A stretch of DNA of 64,000 nucleotides from an uncultured Verrucomicrobiae bacterium (lineage in GTDB: Bacteria > Verrucomicrobiota > Verrucomicrobiia > Limisphaerales > Palsa-1400): contig CAVPOM010000018.1 in the NCBI GenBank assembly GCA_963707025.1, positions 128,001 to 192,000 of the forward strand. The letters run 5' to 3'. Shown here in pieces: positions 38,340 through 47,815 of this stretch. Under the pieces are notes generated by a model. It worked only from the letters and a program-made list of their open reading frames with translations. It did not search any database and had not been told where the DNA came from. How positions within the stretch are numbered: position 1 is the stretch's first letter; each line of letters starts with the position of its first letter. The position numbers and the translations under genes are program-made.

Positions 38340-39076
38340 CGCCGGCTTTCCATCGCCGCTGCCAGCGCGGTGAACAACGCCGCATTGTCCATGCACCGGG
38401 TCAGGGTCATGTCTTTATGGAGCAGGCCAAATCCCTCGTTGAAGTACCCCCGGCCATTGAGGACGCAGGCGTCGGTCTGGTTTTCCTTCATTTGCAACGC
38501 CCCAAGGGTCCACTCACGGACGGCGGGCTTGTTCTGCCGTTCCAACTCATATTTCCAGCCCACCAAAAACGCCTTTGGGAACCAACCGCGCAATTCCGGA
38601 ATGATTTTCGGGGTCGGTTTCAATTCCGCCAGCAGATCTTTGGCGGGCGCCGGTTTTATCGGGGAATTTTTAGCCAGGGCGGCGTATTGCTTTTCCAGAG
38701 GAACATCGTCTTCTCCGCGCGTGGGAATTTTCGCAGATTTGATCTCGCGCAATTCCCCTGTTGGCGCGCGTTCCCAGATTTTGCCGAAGGTGAAATCGCT
38801 CACGGCCGCCGCGTGAAAGACCGCGCCCACGTCCGGCGAGGCCAGGGCGGCCAGGCGCCGGCGCAAATCCTCCGTGGTGGTGAAGGTCTGCTGGCGCTGC
38901 GCTTGGACGGCCGGCGGGCAGGTGGAATAATAGCCGGCCAGCAACTCGATCTGGTGTCCGAGGCCGGCCAGGTAATCGGCCAGGCCGGTGCCGAGGGCGC
39001 CGGTGGAGAAATTGGTCAGTCTCCGCACCTCGTCCAGTTCTTCATAGGTCGGCCCGGCTGTGACAATGCATTTCAT
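38336..39076 (-). CDS. coaB: Stand-alone phosphopantothenate-cysteine ligase (CoaB domain)
   Basis: IVTAGPTYEELDEVRRLTNFSTG, HAAAVSDF, LKPTPKII and VGWKYE motifs. Confidence 0.82.
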   Translation of the reverse strand: MKCIVTAGPTYEELDEVRRLTNFSTGALGTGLADYLAGLGHQIELLAGYYSTCPPAVQAQRQQTFTTTEDLRRRLAALASPDVGAVFHAAAVSDFTFGKIWERAPTGELREIKSAKIPTRGEDDVPLEKQYAALAKNSPIKPAPAKDLLAELKPTPKIIPELRGWFPKAFLVGWKYELERQNKPAVREWTLGALQMKENQTDACVLNGRGYFNEGFGLLHKDMTLTRCMDNAALFTALAAAMESRR

Positions 39077-39193
39077 GACTTTAATTGCAGCGTCGGCGCG
39101 GCGCGCCGATTTCGAGCCACAGGCTCGACACGACAAACAAGGAGACTAGCAAACTTCTTTGCTCTTTGAACTGCAAACTTTAGACTGGCGGGG

Positions 39194-41092
39194 ATGAGTG
39201 ACATTGTTGGCATTGATTTGGGCACGACCAATTCGTTGATCGCCGGGGTGGATGCGGGCATCCCTTATGTCATCGCCGATGCGGAGGGACAGCGGCTGAC
39301 GCCTTCGGTGGTCCATTTTCCAGGAGGCGGCGCCGCGCCGCTGGTGGGCCGTCCGGCCGCGCGCCTGCGCGTGGCGCATCCGGCGCAAACGGTTTATTCC
39401 ATCAAACGTTTCATGGGGCGGCGCGGGGCGGAAATCCCGCGCGAAGAAATGCTCGTCACCTATGCGGTGCGCGGCGAAGGCGCCGGGCCGGTGACGGTGG
39501 AAATGGCAGGGCGGCGTTATACGCCCGAGGAAATTTCGGCGGAGATTTTGAAGAAGTTGAAAGCCGGCGCCGAAGCCGCCCTGGGCAAAACGATCAGCCG
39601 CGCCGTCATCACCGTGCCCGCCTATTTCAACGACGCGCAGCGCAACGCCACCAAACAAGCCGGCGAGCTGGCCGGTTTTGCCGTCGAACGCGTTCTCAAC
39701 GAGCCGACCGCGGCCGCCCTGGCCTACGGCTTGGGCAACCTGGCCGGGCCCGGCAAAATCGCGGTGTATGATTTGGGCGGCGGGACCTTTGATCTGTCCA
39801 TTTTGGAGATCAACGGCGGCGTTTTTCAGGTGCTGTCCACCAACGGCAACACGCGCCTGGGCGGCGATGATTTGGACAAGCGGCTGCTGGATTTCATCGT
39901 GGAAAAAATCAAGGCGGCTGGCGGCCCGGACGCCAGCGGCGATCTGCCCATGCTCTCCCGCATCCGCGAGACGGCCGAGGCGGTCAAAATCAGCCTGTCC
40001 ACCGCGGAATCCGCCGAGATCGCGCTGCCCTTTCTCACGGCGGATTTTCATTTTCATCGCACCCTGGCGCGGACGGAACTGGAAGACCTGACCGGCGACA
40101 TCATCGGGCGCACGCGCGAGCATTGCCTGCGCTCGCTGTCCGACGCCAAGCTCCGGCCCGCGGACCTGGACCAGGTCATCCTGGTGGGCGGCCAGACGCG
40201 CATGCCGCTGGTCCGCCGGATGGTGGCGGAAATTTTTGGCTGCGCCGAATTCGAGGAAAGCCGCGGGGATCTGCGCCTGGGGGCGGATTACCACCGCTCC
40301 GCCGGGCCGCGGCTGAACACCTCGCAGAATCCCGATGAGGCGGTGGCGCTGGGCGCGGCCATCCAGGCGGGCATTTTGGGCGGGGGCTTCAAGAATATGC
40401 TGCTGCTGGACGTGACCCCGCTGTCGCTGGGCCTGGAAACTTTCGGCGGCCTGATGAACGTCATCATTCCGCGCAACTCGACCATCCCGGTCAAAGCCGG
40501 GGAGCTGTTCACCACCGCGGTGGATTATCAGGCCAGCATGCTAATTCACGTCCTGCAGGGCGAGCGGGAACGGGCCCGAGACAATTGGAGCCTGGGCCGG
40601 TTTGATCTGGAATTCGAGCGCGCGGCCAAGGGGGTCGCACGCGTCGGGGTGCAATTTGAAATTGACGCCAGCGGCCTGCTCCATGTCCTGGCGCGCGACA
40701 CCAAAACGGGCCGGCAGAAGATGGTCGAGATGAAATCCGCCGTGGATGTCGCCGACGCCCAGGTGCAAAAAATGGTGGAGGAATCCGTGGCCCACGCCTG
40801 GGACGACCTGCAGGCGCGGCAATGGATCGAAGCCAAACTGCGCGCCGACGAAACCCTGGCCGCCACCCGCAAGGCTTTGGTGGAATGCGCCGGGGAAATT
40901 GAGGCGGATTACAAAAGCAAAGTGGAAGCCGCCGTGAAAGCCGTGGAAGATCAACTGGCAGTGGAACCAGGCGAACCGGCCGCCCTCAAATCCGCTTTGG
41001 CCTCGCTGGACGAAGTGACCAAGCCGCTGGCCGATTTGCTGATGGACAAAGCGCTGGACGCCATGCTGCGGCAGCGCGGGGTGATTAAATGA
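39194..41092 (+). CDS. Hsp70-family chaperone (DnaK/HscA-like paralogue)
   Basis: GIDLGTTNS, TVPAYFNDAQR, DLGGGTFD, PDEAVALGAA and DVTPLSLG motifs. Confidence 0.93.
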   Translation: MSDIVGIDLGTTNSLIAGVDAGIPYVIADAEGQRLTPSVVHFPGGGAAPLVGRPAARLRVAHPAQTVYSIKRFMGRRGAEIPREEMLVTYAVRGEGAGPVTVEMAGRRYTPEEISAEILKKLKAGAEAALGKTISRAVITVPAYFNDAQRNATKQAGELAGFAVERVLNEPTAAALAYGLGNLAGPGKIAVYDLGGGTFDLSILEINGGVFQVLSTNGNTRLGGDDLDKRLLDFIVEKIKAAGGPDASGDLPMLSRIRETAEAVKISLSTAESAEIALPFLTADFHFHRTLARTELEDLTGDIIGRTREHCLRSLSDAKLRPADLDQVILVGGQTRMPLVRRMVAEIFGCAEFEESRGDLRLGADYHRSAGPRLNTSQNPDEAVALGAAIQAGILGGGFKNMLLLDVTPLSLGLETFGGLMNVIIPRNSTIPVKAGELFTTAVDYQASMLIHVLQGERERARDNWSLGRFDLEFERAAKGVARVGVQFEIDASGLLHVLARDTKTGRQKMVEMKSAVDVADAQVQKMVEESVAHAWDDLQARQWIEAKLRADETLAATRKALVECAGEIEADYKSKVEAAVKAVEDQLAVEPGEPAALKSALASLDEVTKPLADLLMDKALDAMLRQRGVIK

Positions 41093-41165
41093 TTGTCGGG
41101 CAGATTACAAAACTGTCATGTTTCGGTCATTGTTTGTTCCGGCCCGCCGGCCAGAATGTTTGCCT

Positions 41166-42276
41166 ATGAAACACCAAAATTATTTTTCAGGCGTCTTGAT
41201 GGCGGGCGGACTGGGATGGCTGGCCGTCGGCCTTGCGGCCCAAACCGCCTCGGCGGCGGAGCCTGTACAAAATCCTCAGCATCACCCAGACCATGGGCAC
41301 GGGCGGGATTGATTATGTGTATGCGGACAACGACGGCCGCCGCCTCTATGTTCCGCGCGGCAGCCAGATCCTGGCCTTTGACCTGGACACAGGCACGCTG
41401 GTCGGCTCCAACAGCGTCACCGGCCAGGCCGGCCACGGCGTGGCGGTTGATCCCAAATCCCACCATGGTTTCAGCAGCAGCGGTCCGGTCCGCATGTTCG
41501 ACACCAAGACCCTGGAGTTGATCAAGAACGTCGAGGTGCAAGGCCGGCCGGACGGCATTCTCTTTGAACCGGTGTCGGAACGGGTCTTTATCCTCAGCCA
41601 CAGCGCGCCCAACGCCACGCTGATTGACCCCAAGGACGGGTCGGTGACCGGCACGATTGATCTGGGCGGCGGGCCGGAGCAGGCGGCCAGCGATGAAAAG
41701 GGCACGCTTTATGTTGACTTGGAGGACCAAAACAACATCGCCGTGGTTGACTTGAAAACTCTCAAGGTGACGGCGCACTACCCGCTTGGGGACAAGGGCG
41801 GCGGGCCGGGCGGCCTGGGTCTGGATGCCAAAAATCACATCCTTTTCGCCATGTGCCACCAACCCCCAAACTGTGTCATTCTCAGCGCCAAGGACGGAAC
41901 CATTATCACCAACCTGCCAATTGGGACCGGGACGGACGGCGGCGGGTTCAATCCCAAGACGATGGAAGCGTTTAGTTCGCAGGGCGACGGCACGTTGACC
42001 ATCATCAAGGAGAACAGCCCGACCAGCTTTGAGGTGGAACAAACGGTGAAGACCAAGCCGCGCGCCAAGTGTTGCACGCTCGACACCAAAAACAATCACA
42101 TCATTTTGACCGCCATCGAGCCGGCGCCGGCGGGCAGGCCCGGGGTGGCGGCGACTCCTGCGACTCCTCCGCCAGGCGGGGACCAGGCGGGTGGCGACCG
42201 GCGCGGCGGACGGGGCGGACGGGGCGGACGCGGCGGCGGTCCGGGCCTGCTGGACATTATCATCGTAGGCCGGTAA
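41166..42276 (+). pseudogene. Secreted YncE-like beta-propeller with a +1 frameshift near 41264
   Basis: Signal peptide ending ..AQTASAAEP in one frame; YKIL..GTGGIDYVYAD..RRLYV in another; removing one T joins them. Confidence 0.75.
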
Positions 42277-42285
42277 GCGCTGGAT

Positions 42286-43146
42286 TTACCAGTAAAAAGC
42301 CGGACTGCCCGAGCCGGCGCGCGGGATCATTTGACGGAAAGGCGCCCATTCGACATGGCCGTCAATCATGGCCTGATTGCCCCCGGAGGGGATTTTGGAA
42401 CTGAGCAGATGCGAGGTGGTGAGGGGCTTGTTGACCGGATCGTCCGGATCCAGAGAATGCGGAAGACCGGTCCATTGATAACCGTCCTTCAAGGTCATGC
42501 TGATGGAGAGGTTTTGGCCCAGGGTGATGGTGGAGCAGGCCAGGAGCACCCGGCTGGCGACCCGGATCGGGAGAACCATGGAAGGAGCGGAAATCGGCGC
42601 CACCGTGGCCGCGGTCAGCTTGGTATTGATGTTGGTGCTAAAGTACCATGCACCGGCGTCATCGAAAAGTGTGGCGCCACTAAAGGTCTGGGTATAACCA
42701 ATAATGCGATTGCCTTCCCCGCCGTCTTCCCCCGCAAAATTGTTCCACAGGGTTAAAAAATCAGCGTCTGTATATAAATGCTCTGTGCCTGGGTCATACC
42801 AGACCTTGTATGGAGCGCCGCTGACTTCCATGTAGCTGCCAACTTCCTGCCTCATGTCCCACGGCTGGTAGGTAGTATTGCCGGGCAGGGTGGGCAGGAA
42901 ATCCTTGTTCTCATTGGCGTACATGGTCAGAGCCACCACCTGTTGCCGGGTGTTGCTTTTGCTCTGGGTGCGAACGGCCTGGTCCTTGGCCCTGGCCAGG
43001 GCGGGCAGAAGCAACCCCGCCAGGATCGCGATGATGGCGATGACCACGAGCAATTCAATCAAGGTAAAGGCACGGGCGGGCGGGCGGGCGCCATTTCCAG
43101 CCCCTGAAATGGGAAAATCTCCGCGCGATAATGGTTTGTCCCTCAT
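42286..43146 (-). CDS. Prepilin-type N-terminal cleavage/methylation protein with H-X9-DG-like C-terminus
   Basis: [25 protein letters not shown] and [14 protein letters not shown] motifs. Confidence 0.9.
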   Translation of the reverse strand: MRDKPLSRGDFPISGAGNGARPPARAFTLIELLVVIAIIAILAGLLLPALARAKDQAVRTQSKSNTRQQVVALTMYANENKDFLPTLPGNTTYQPWDMRQEVGSYMEVSGAPYKVWYDPGTEHLYTDADFLTLWNNFAGEDGGEGNRIIGYTQTFSGATLFDDAGAWYFSTNINTKLTAATVAPISAPSMVLPIRVASRVLLACSTITLGQNLSISMTLKDGYQWTGLPHSLDPDDPVNKPLTTSHLLSSKIPSGGNQAMIDGHVEWAPFRQMIPRAGSGSPAFYW

Positions 43147-43289
43147 AAAAAATGGCGCTCTCCCGGCCGGCGCTCAAAACCGTTCAAATCCACGACCAGG
43201 GGTTGTGTGACCAGACCACTCTATCCCTTTCCCAAATACATACAACTTTTTTTCGCGCATTTTTGAGGCGGTTTTTCCTTGCCGATTTC

Positions 43290-43308
43290 GTATATTCATA
43301 GTAGATAC
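43290..43308. promoter_or_regulatory. Putative MazE operator palindrome
   Basis: GTATATTC-ATA-GTAGATAC (6 of 8 positions complementary) immediately upstream of mazE. Confidence 0.45.
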
Positions 43309-43314
43309 ATGGGA

Positions 43315-43557
43315 ATGAAAACTGCTGTGCAAAGATGGGGCAACAGCCTGGCAGTCCGCATTCCGCGCGCGTTCGCCCAGGAAACCCGATTGGGCAGCGG
43401 CACTGAAGTGGATCTGCGGTTGAAAGCGGGGACGCTGGTAATCAGCCGCGCTCGAAAGCGCCGCTACAGCTTGAGCGGTCTGCTGGCCCGGGTGCGGAAG
43501 ACGAATCTGCATTCAGAAACCGGGTGGGGCGGGCCGATGGGGAGAGAGGTCTGGTGA
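43315..43557 (+). CDS. mazE: MazE/AbrB-family antitoxin
   Basis: VQRWGNSLAVRIP, YSLSGLL and WGGPMGREVW motifs; GTGA overlap with the toxin. Confidence 0.92.
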   Translation: MKTAVQRWGNSLAVRIPRAFAQETRLGSGTEVDLRLKAGTLVISRARKRRYSLSGLLARVRKTNLHSETGWGGPMGREVW

Positions 43558-43919
43558 AAGCCGGATACGTTCCAAAACGCGGCGATTTGATCTGGCTGGA
43601 TTTCACTCCGCAGGCCGGTCAGGAGCAGGCAGGACGCCGGCCCGCGGCGGTTATTTCCAGCGGCCAATACAACAGGAAGGTTGGGTTGCTTTTGGCCTGC
43701 ACGGTCACAAACCAAAGGAAACAATATCCGTTTGAAGTTTTACTGCCGGAGGGTTTGCCGATCACCGGCGTGATTCTGGCCGATCAAGTGCGGAGTCTTG
43801 ATTGGAAGAGCCGCCGGGCGGTCTTTATCGGCTGTTTGGATGAAGAGGTTCTGGCGGAAATCCTGGGGAAGCTGGCGGTATTGATGGACGATGAAAAAGC
43901 CGGCCCGGATCCGCCTTGA
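43554..43919 (+). CDS. mazF: MazF/PemK-family endoribonuclease toxin
   Basis: YVPKRGDLIWLDFTPQAGQEQAGRRPA, YPFEV and DQVRSLDW motifs. Confidence 0.93.
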   Translation: MKAGYVPKRGDLIWLDFTPQAGQEQAGRRPAAVISSGQYNRKVGLLLACTVTNQRKQYPFEVLLPEGLPITGVILADQVRSLDWKSRRAVFIGCLDEEVLAEILGKLAVLMDDEKAGPDPP

Positions 43920-43969
43920 AGCACGCAACCAACCGATATTTTGCCTTCGCCTGCCAAACTTCCGCCCCC

Positions 43970-44371
43970 ATGGCAAACCCGGCGCTCACAAAACGCAAAG
44001 TCTCCGGCGGCCTGCTGGTCTTTATCGGCTACATGCTCTCGCCGCTTTCCTGGTGGAACGACCTCTTCGTTAATTGGCCGCTGGCGCTGGCCGCCGCCTG
44101 GGTCGTCAGTTGGTTCTGCAAACCCGCCTTCACCGCCAGTCTGATCGCGGGTTACTGGCTGACCAACCTCCTGGGCTTTTTCCTCATGCAAAAGGGCGGC
44201 GCGAAAATCATCAGCGGGGAGGACCGGCCTTATTCCCGGAAGAGTTTGCTGAGGGACCTGGCGATCTCTGTTCTTTACACCCTTTTGATCCTGGCGCTGG
44301 TAAAAGCAGGGTTCATCGGGCCGATTCAGGATACCGTCCACAAGATTCAGAAGTACGTTCACCTGTCGTGA
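43970..44371 (+). CDS. Small membrane protein
   Basis: Four hydrophobic segments and a GYMLSPLSWWNDLFVN block. Confidence 0.7.
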   Translation: MANPALTKRKVSGGLLVFIGYMLSPLSWWNDLFVNWPLALAAAWVVSWFCKPAFTASLIAGYWLTNLLGFFLMQKGGAKIISGEDRPYSRKSLLRDLAISVLYTLLILALVKAGFIGPIQDTVHKIQKYVHLS

Positions 44372-46599
44372 CCCCTTCCCCGCCAACGGCCTCTCCGCCT
44401 TGCCGCCCTCAGGCCCTGTGGATTTGCCTCCTTTTGGCGGCCATCACCCTCGCCGTCTATTGGCCGGTGACCGGCTACGAATTCGTCGGTTACGACGATC
44501 CCGACTTCATCACTGCCAATCCCACGGTGCAAGCCGGCCTGACCGTGCCCGGCCTGCACTACGCCCTGGGCGCCGAGGTCGCCCGCAACTGGCATCCGCT
44601 CACCATTCTCAGCCACATGCTCGATTGCCAGTTCTTCAAGCTCAACGCCGGGCGGCATCATTTGACCAGCCTCCTCCTGCACACCGCCAACACCCTGCTG
44701 CTCTTCCTGGTGCTCAAGCGCATGACCGGCGCGCTCTGGCGCAGCGCCCTGGTCGCCGCCCTGTTCGCCTGGCATCCCCTCCATGTCGAATCGGTCGCCT
44801 GGGTGGCGGAACGGAAGGACGTTCTCAGCGCGCTGTTCTGGTGGCTCACTCTCTGGGCCTGGCTCGCTTACACCGATGCCTGCAAAAATCCCGGTTCAAA
44901 GTCAAAACTATTTTATTCCCTGGCGGTTTTTCTTTTCGTCCTGGCGGCCATGTCCAAGCCCATGGTGGTGACGCTGCCCTGCGTTCTCCTGCTCCTGGAT
45001 TTCTGGCCGTTGGGCCGGTTCCAGCTCCGCGCCCCGCCGCCGTCCCCCCGGTCGGGCCGGGCCAAATCCCGCCCGGCGCCGCCGCTTGTCCAACCCGCCG
45101 TCGGCCGCCTCCCGTCCTGGCGCCTGCTGCTGGAAAAAATCCCCTTTTTCGCCATCAGCGCGGCGTTGTGCTGCAAGACGTTCCTCGTGCAGAAGGGCGG
45201 CGGGGCGATGTTGGACACGGCCAATCTCCCCCTCCTCTCCCGCCTTGGCAACGCCTTCATTTCCTACCTCCGCTATCCCGCAAAAATGTTTTGGCCCGCG
45301 AATCTTTCCGCCCTGTATATTAGGATCGGCGACTGGCCGGCCTGGGAGGTGGGCGGCGCGGTGCTGCTGCTGGCCGGGCTGACCGCCTGGATGGTGGGGC
45401 AGGCGCGGCGGCGGCCCTGGCTGGCCATGGGCTGGTTTTGGTACGCGGGCATGCTGGTGCCCGTCATCGGTTTGGTGCAGGTCGGCATGCAAACCATGGC
45501 CGACCGCTACACCTATCTTCCCCTGGTCGGCCTGTTCATCATCCTGGCCTGGGGCGGCGCCGATCTGGCCGCCCGGTTTCGCCCGCCCAAATATGTCCCC
45601 GTCCTCCTCGCCGCCCTCTCCCTGGCCGCCTGCCTGGTTCTCACCGCCCGTCAGATCCCCTGCTGGCAGGACAGCGAAACGCTCTTCAAGAAAATGATTG
45701 CCGTCACCAATAAAAACTTCATGGCCCATTTCAATTTGGGGAACTACTACTCGCGCCACGACCAAGCCGCTCTGGCCGTGGCCCATTACCGCGAGGCCCT
45801 GGCCGCCGAGCCCAACTACGCCGAAGCCCACAACAACCTGGCCGGGGTGCTCCTGGAGCAAAAGCTGTATGACGAAGCCATCCAGCATTACCAGGACGCC
45901 GCCCGCCTCAAGCCCTCCGCCACCGCCTGGTTTAACCTCGCGAACGCCTTGGCCGACACCGCCCGCGCCCGCCACGACACCAGCCTCTTCGCCCAATCCG
46001 TCCAGGCCTTCCAGCAATCGCTGCAACTGGAGTCGGATTCCTACGCGACCCGCAACAATTTCGGCATGGTCTGGCAGGACCAGAACCGGAACGACCTGGC
46101 CATCCCCGAATTTGAAGCCGCCGTGCGCGTAAAACCGGATTTCGAACTCGGCCATTTCAACGTGGCCAATTCCCTGTCGCGGGCGGGCCGCCTGGACGAA
46201 GCCATCACCCAGTACCAGGCCGCCGCCCGCCTCAACCCCGGCCGCGCCGAAACTTTCAACGGCCTGGGCGTTTGTTACGCCAGGCAGGGAAAAATGGAGG
46301 AAGCCGCCCGCCAATTCAGGCGCGTCACCGAGTTGAACCCCGGGGACTCCGGCGTTTGGGAAAACCTGGGCAACGCTTTGGGATCGCAAAACAAACTCGA
46401 CGAAGCCATCCCCTGCTATCTCAAGGCCCTGCAAATTGATCCCCGCAATTACGAGGCCGAATTCAACCTCGGCCTGTCCCTCCTTCATCAAAACCGCCGC
46501 GAGGAAGCCAGGACCCATTTCCAAGCCGCCCTGCGCATCCAGCCCGACTACCCGGCGGCCCGTCAGGCCCTGTCCGAACTCGACCGCCCCGCTCAATAA
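44368..46599 (+). CDS. TMTC-like GT-C membrane domain plus TPR repeats (putative protein O-mannosyltransferase-like)
   Basis: YDD, WHPLT, HPLHVESVAWVAERKD, SKPM and ADRYTYLP motifs, followed by several TPRs; GTGA overlap start. Confidence 0.85.
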   Translation: MTPSPPTASPPCRPQALWICLLLAAITLAVYWPVTGYEFVGYDDPDFITANPTVQAGLTVPGLHYALGAEVARNWHPLTILSHMLDCQFFKLNAGRHHLTSLLLHTANTLLLFLVLKRMTGALWRSALVAALFAWHPLHVESVAWVAERKDVLSALFWWLTLWAWLAYTDACKNPGSKSKLFYSLAVFLFVLAAMSKPMVVTLPCVLLLLDFWPLGRFQLRAPPPSPRSGRAKSRPAPPLVQPAVGRLPSWRLLLEKIPFFAISAALCCKTFLVQKGGGAMLDTANLPLLSRLGNAFISYLRYPAKMFWPANLSALYIRIGDWPAWEVGGAVLLLAGLTAWMVGQARRRPWLAMGWFWYAGMLVPVIGLVQVGMQTMADRYTYLPLVGLFIILAWGGADLAARFRPPKYVPVLLAALSLAACLVLTARQIPCWQDSETLFKKMIAVTNKNFMAHFNLGNYYSRHDQAALAVAHYREALAAEPNYAEAHNNLAGVLLEQKLYDEAIQHYQDAARLKPSATAWFNLANALADTARARHDTSLFAQSVQAFQQSLQLESDSYATRNNFGMVWQDQNRNDLAIPEFEAAVRVKPDFELGHFNVANSLSRAGRLDEAITQYQAAARLNPGRAETFNGLGVCYARQGKMEEAARQFRRVTELNPGDSGVWENLGNALGSQNKLDEAIPCYLKALQIDPRNYEAEFNLGLSLLHQNRREEARTHFQAALRIQPDYPAARQALSELDRPAQ

Positions 46600-46614
46600 A
46601 CCCGCTTCCACGAT

Positions 46615-46814
46615 TGTAGCGGCGGTCTGTGACCGCCGCCCATCGAGGGAAACCGCGGCCGCGTCCCAATTTGATGTTGTAGTGTCGGCGCCCTGTCCGC
46701 CGTCGCCTCGGCAAAGGGGGATGTGCGCCGATGTCGAGGTACAGGCTCGGCGCGGCAACAAATCAGGCCACTGCCGAAACCGCAGCATGGCAGCGGTCAC
46801 AGACCGCCGCTACA
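46615..46814. repeat. Inverted GTAG-type REP pair with a third REP between them
   Basis: tgtagcggcggtctgtgaccgccg (46615-46638) and its inverted copy (46791-46814); tgtagtgtcggcg.. at 46678, related to copies at 59437 and 39086. Confidence 0.8.
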
Positions 46815-46851
46815 GGAGTTTTGTGCGGATCTCACTTTGTCCAACCCGGTT

Positions 46852-47661
46852 TCACCGCGCCGGCGCGCGAGGCGCCATCGTCTTGTCCAGATACGCCGCC
46901 AGGGAAGAGACCTGCATTTCCGACAGCGGCCCTCCCTCCGCGCCGGAGAATCCCGGCATGACGGTATGCGGTTTGCCGCGGGCAATGATCGTCCTCCAGT
47001 AAGCCAAATCGGTGGGCGGTTTCAACCCGTGCAGGTCGGGCACAAAACTGGCCCGTTGCGGCGAGTCATGGCAGATGCCGCACGCCGCCGCATACAACTC
47101 CTTTCCCAGCAGCCCACGCGCCTTGTCCACATGGCAGGTCGCGCAATCCCCCTTGAAAATCGCCCTGGCATCCGCCGCCGCCTTGCCCATCGCCGCCTTG
47201 CGCTCCGCCGGTGTCAGCGGCGCGCCGGCCGGGCGCAATGGCGGGGGCATCGCCACCTTCAGCGTCAGGACGCGCTCCCCCACGGAAGTAAAAACCGTCA
47301 GCGTCTTGGTCACCGTTCCCTCCTCCTGGTCGGCCAGATCCACCCGGGCCGTGACGGGGCCGCTCGCCCCGGGAAGCAGAATCCACGGATTGGCCGGCAG
47401 GGTGGCAACGGTGCAATGACAGGAAGCATAAACCGCCTGGACGACGATGGTATTGGTCCAGACATTGGTGGCCTGAAACGTGAACAACGCCTCCGCCTCC
47501 TCCGCGCTGGCGTGGTATTCCTTTGTCTCCGAGTCAAACACCAGCGTCGGCCCGGCCGGGAGCCCCTCCGGCTTCGGCCTCTCCTGCGCCGGCAGTCCAC
47601 CGGCCGCGGCCAGGCCGCCCAGCCAAACCGCCGCCGCCCGGCGCCAATTCATCTTCGACAT
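46852..47661 (-). CDS. Exported DUF1573/Ig-like domain plus diheme cytochrome c
   Basis: Signal peptide, ASCHCT, two CxxCH motifs (CATCH, CGICH) and a distal MPGF. Confidence 0.85.
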   Translation of the reverse strand: MSKMNWRRAAAVWLGGLAAAGGLPAQERPKPEGLPAGPTLVFDSETKEYHASAEEAEALFTFQATNVWTNTIVVQAVYASCHCTVATLPANPWILLPGASGPVTARVDLADQEEGTVTKTLTVFTSVGERVLTLKVAMPPPLRPAGAPLTPAERKAAMGKAAADARAIFKGDCATCHVDKARGLLGKELYAAACGICHDSPQRASFVPDLHGLKPPTDLAYWRTIIARGKPHTVMPGFSGAEGGPLSEMQVSSLAAYLDKTMAPRAPAR

Positions 47662-47743
47662 GGCCCAAGCCTAGCAAAATCGCGCCCCGTGACAAAGCCC
47701 TCATTGCCGTCCGTGGCGCATCTCAAGTCTTGGACGGTTCCCA

Positions 47744-47805
47744 GGCAGGGGCGCCGTCCCGATTCAGAATCGGGATCAAGGCCGGCGCAGCGCCGCAACC
47801 CTGCC
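47744..47805. repeat. REP-like composite with a tcccgatt-N-aatcggga core
   Basis: Ends ggcaggg/ccctgcc; near-copy at 60033-60094. Confidence 0.7.
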
Positions 47806-47815
47806 AAAAACTCGG

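Noticed and set aside
42286..43146. A type II secretion or type IV pilus locus linking this prepilin-like gene to the secretin fusion
   Set aside because: The genes are about 11 kb apart with no assembly ATPase or platform genes, and H-X9-DG proteins are usually numerous and dispersed in PVC genomes.
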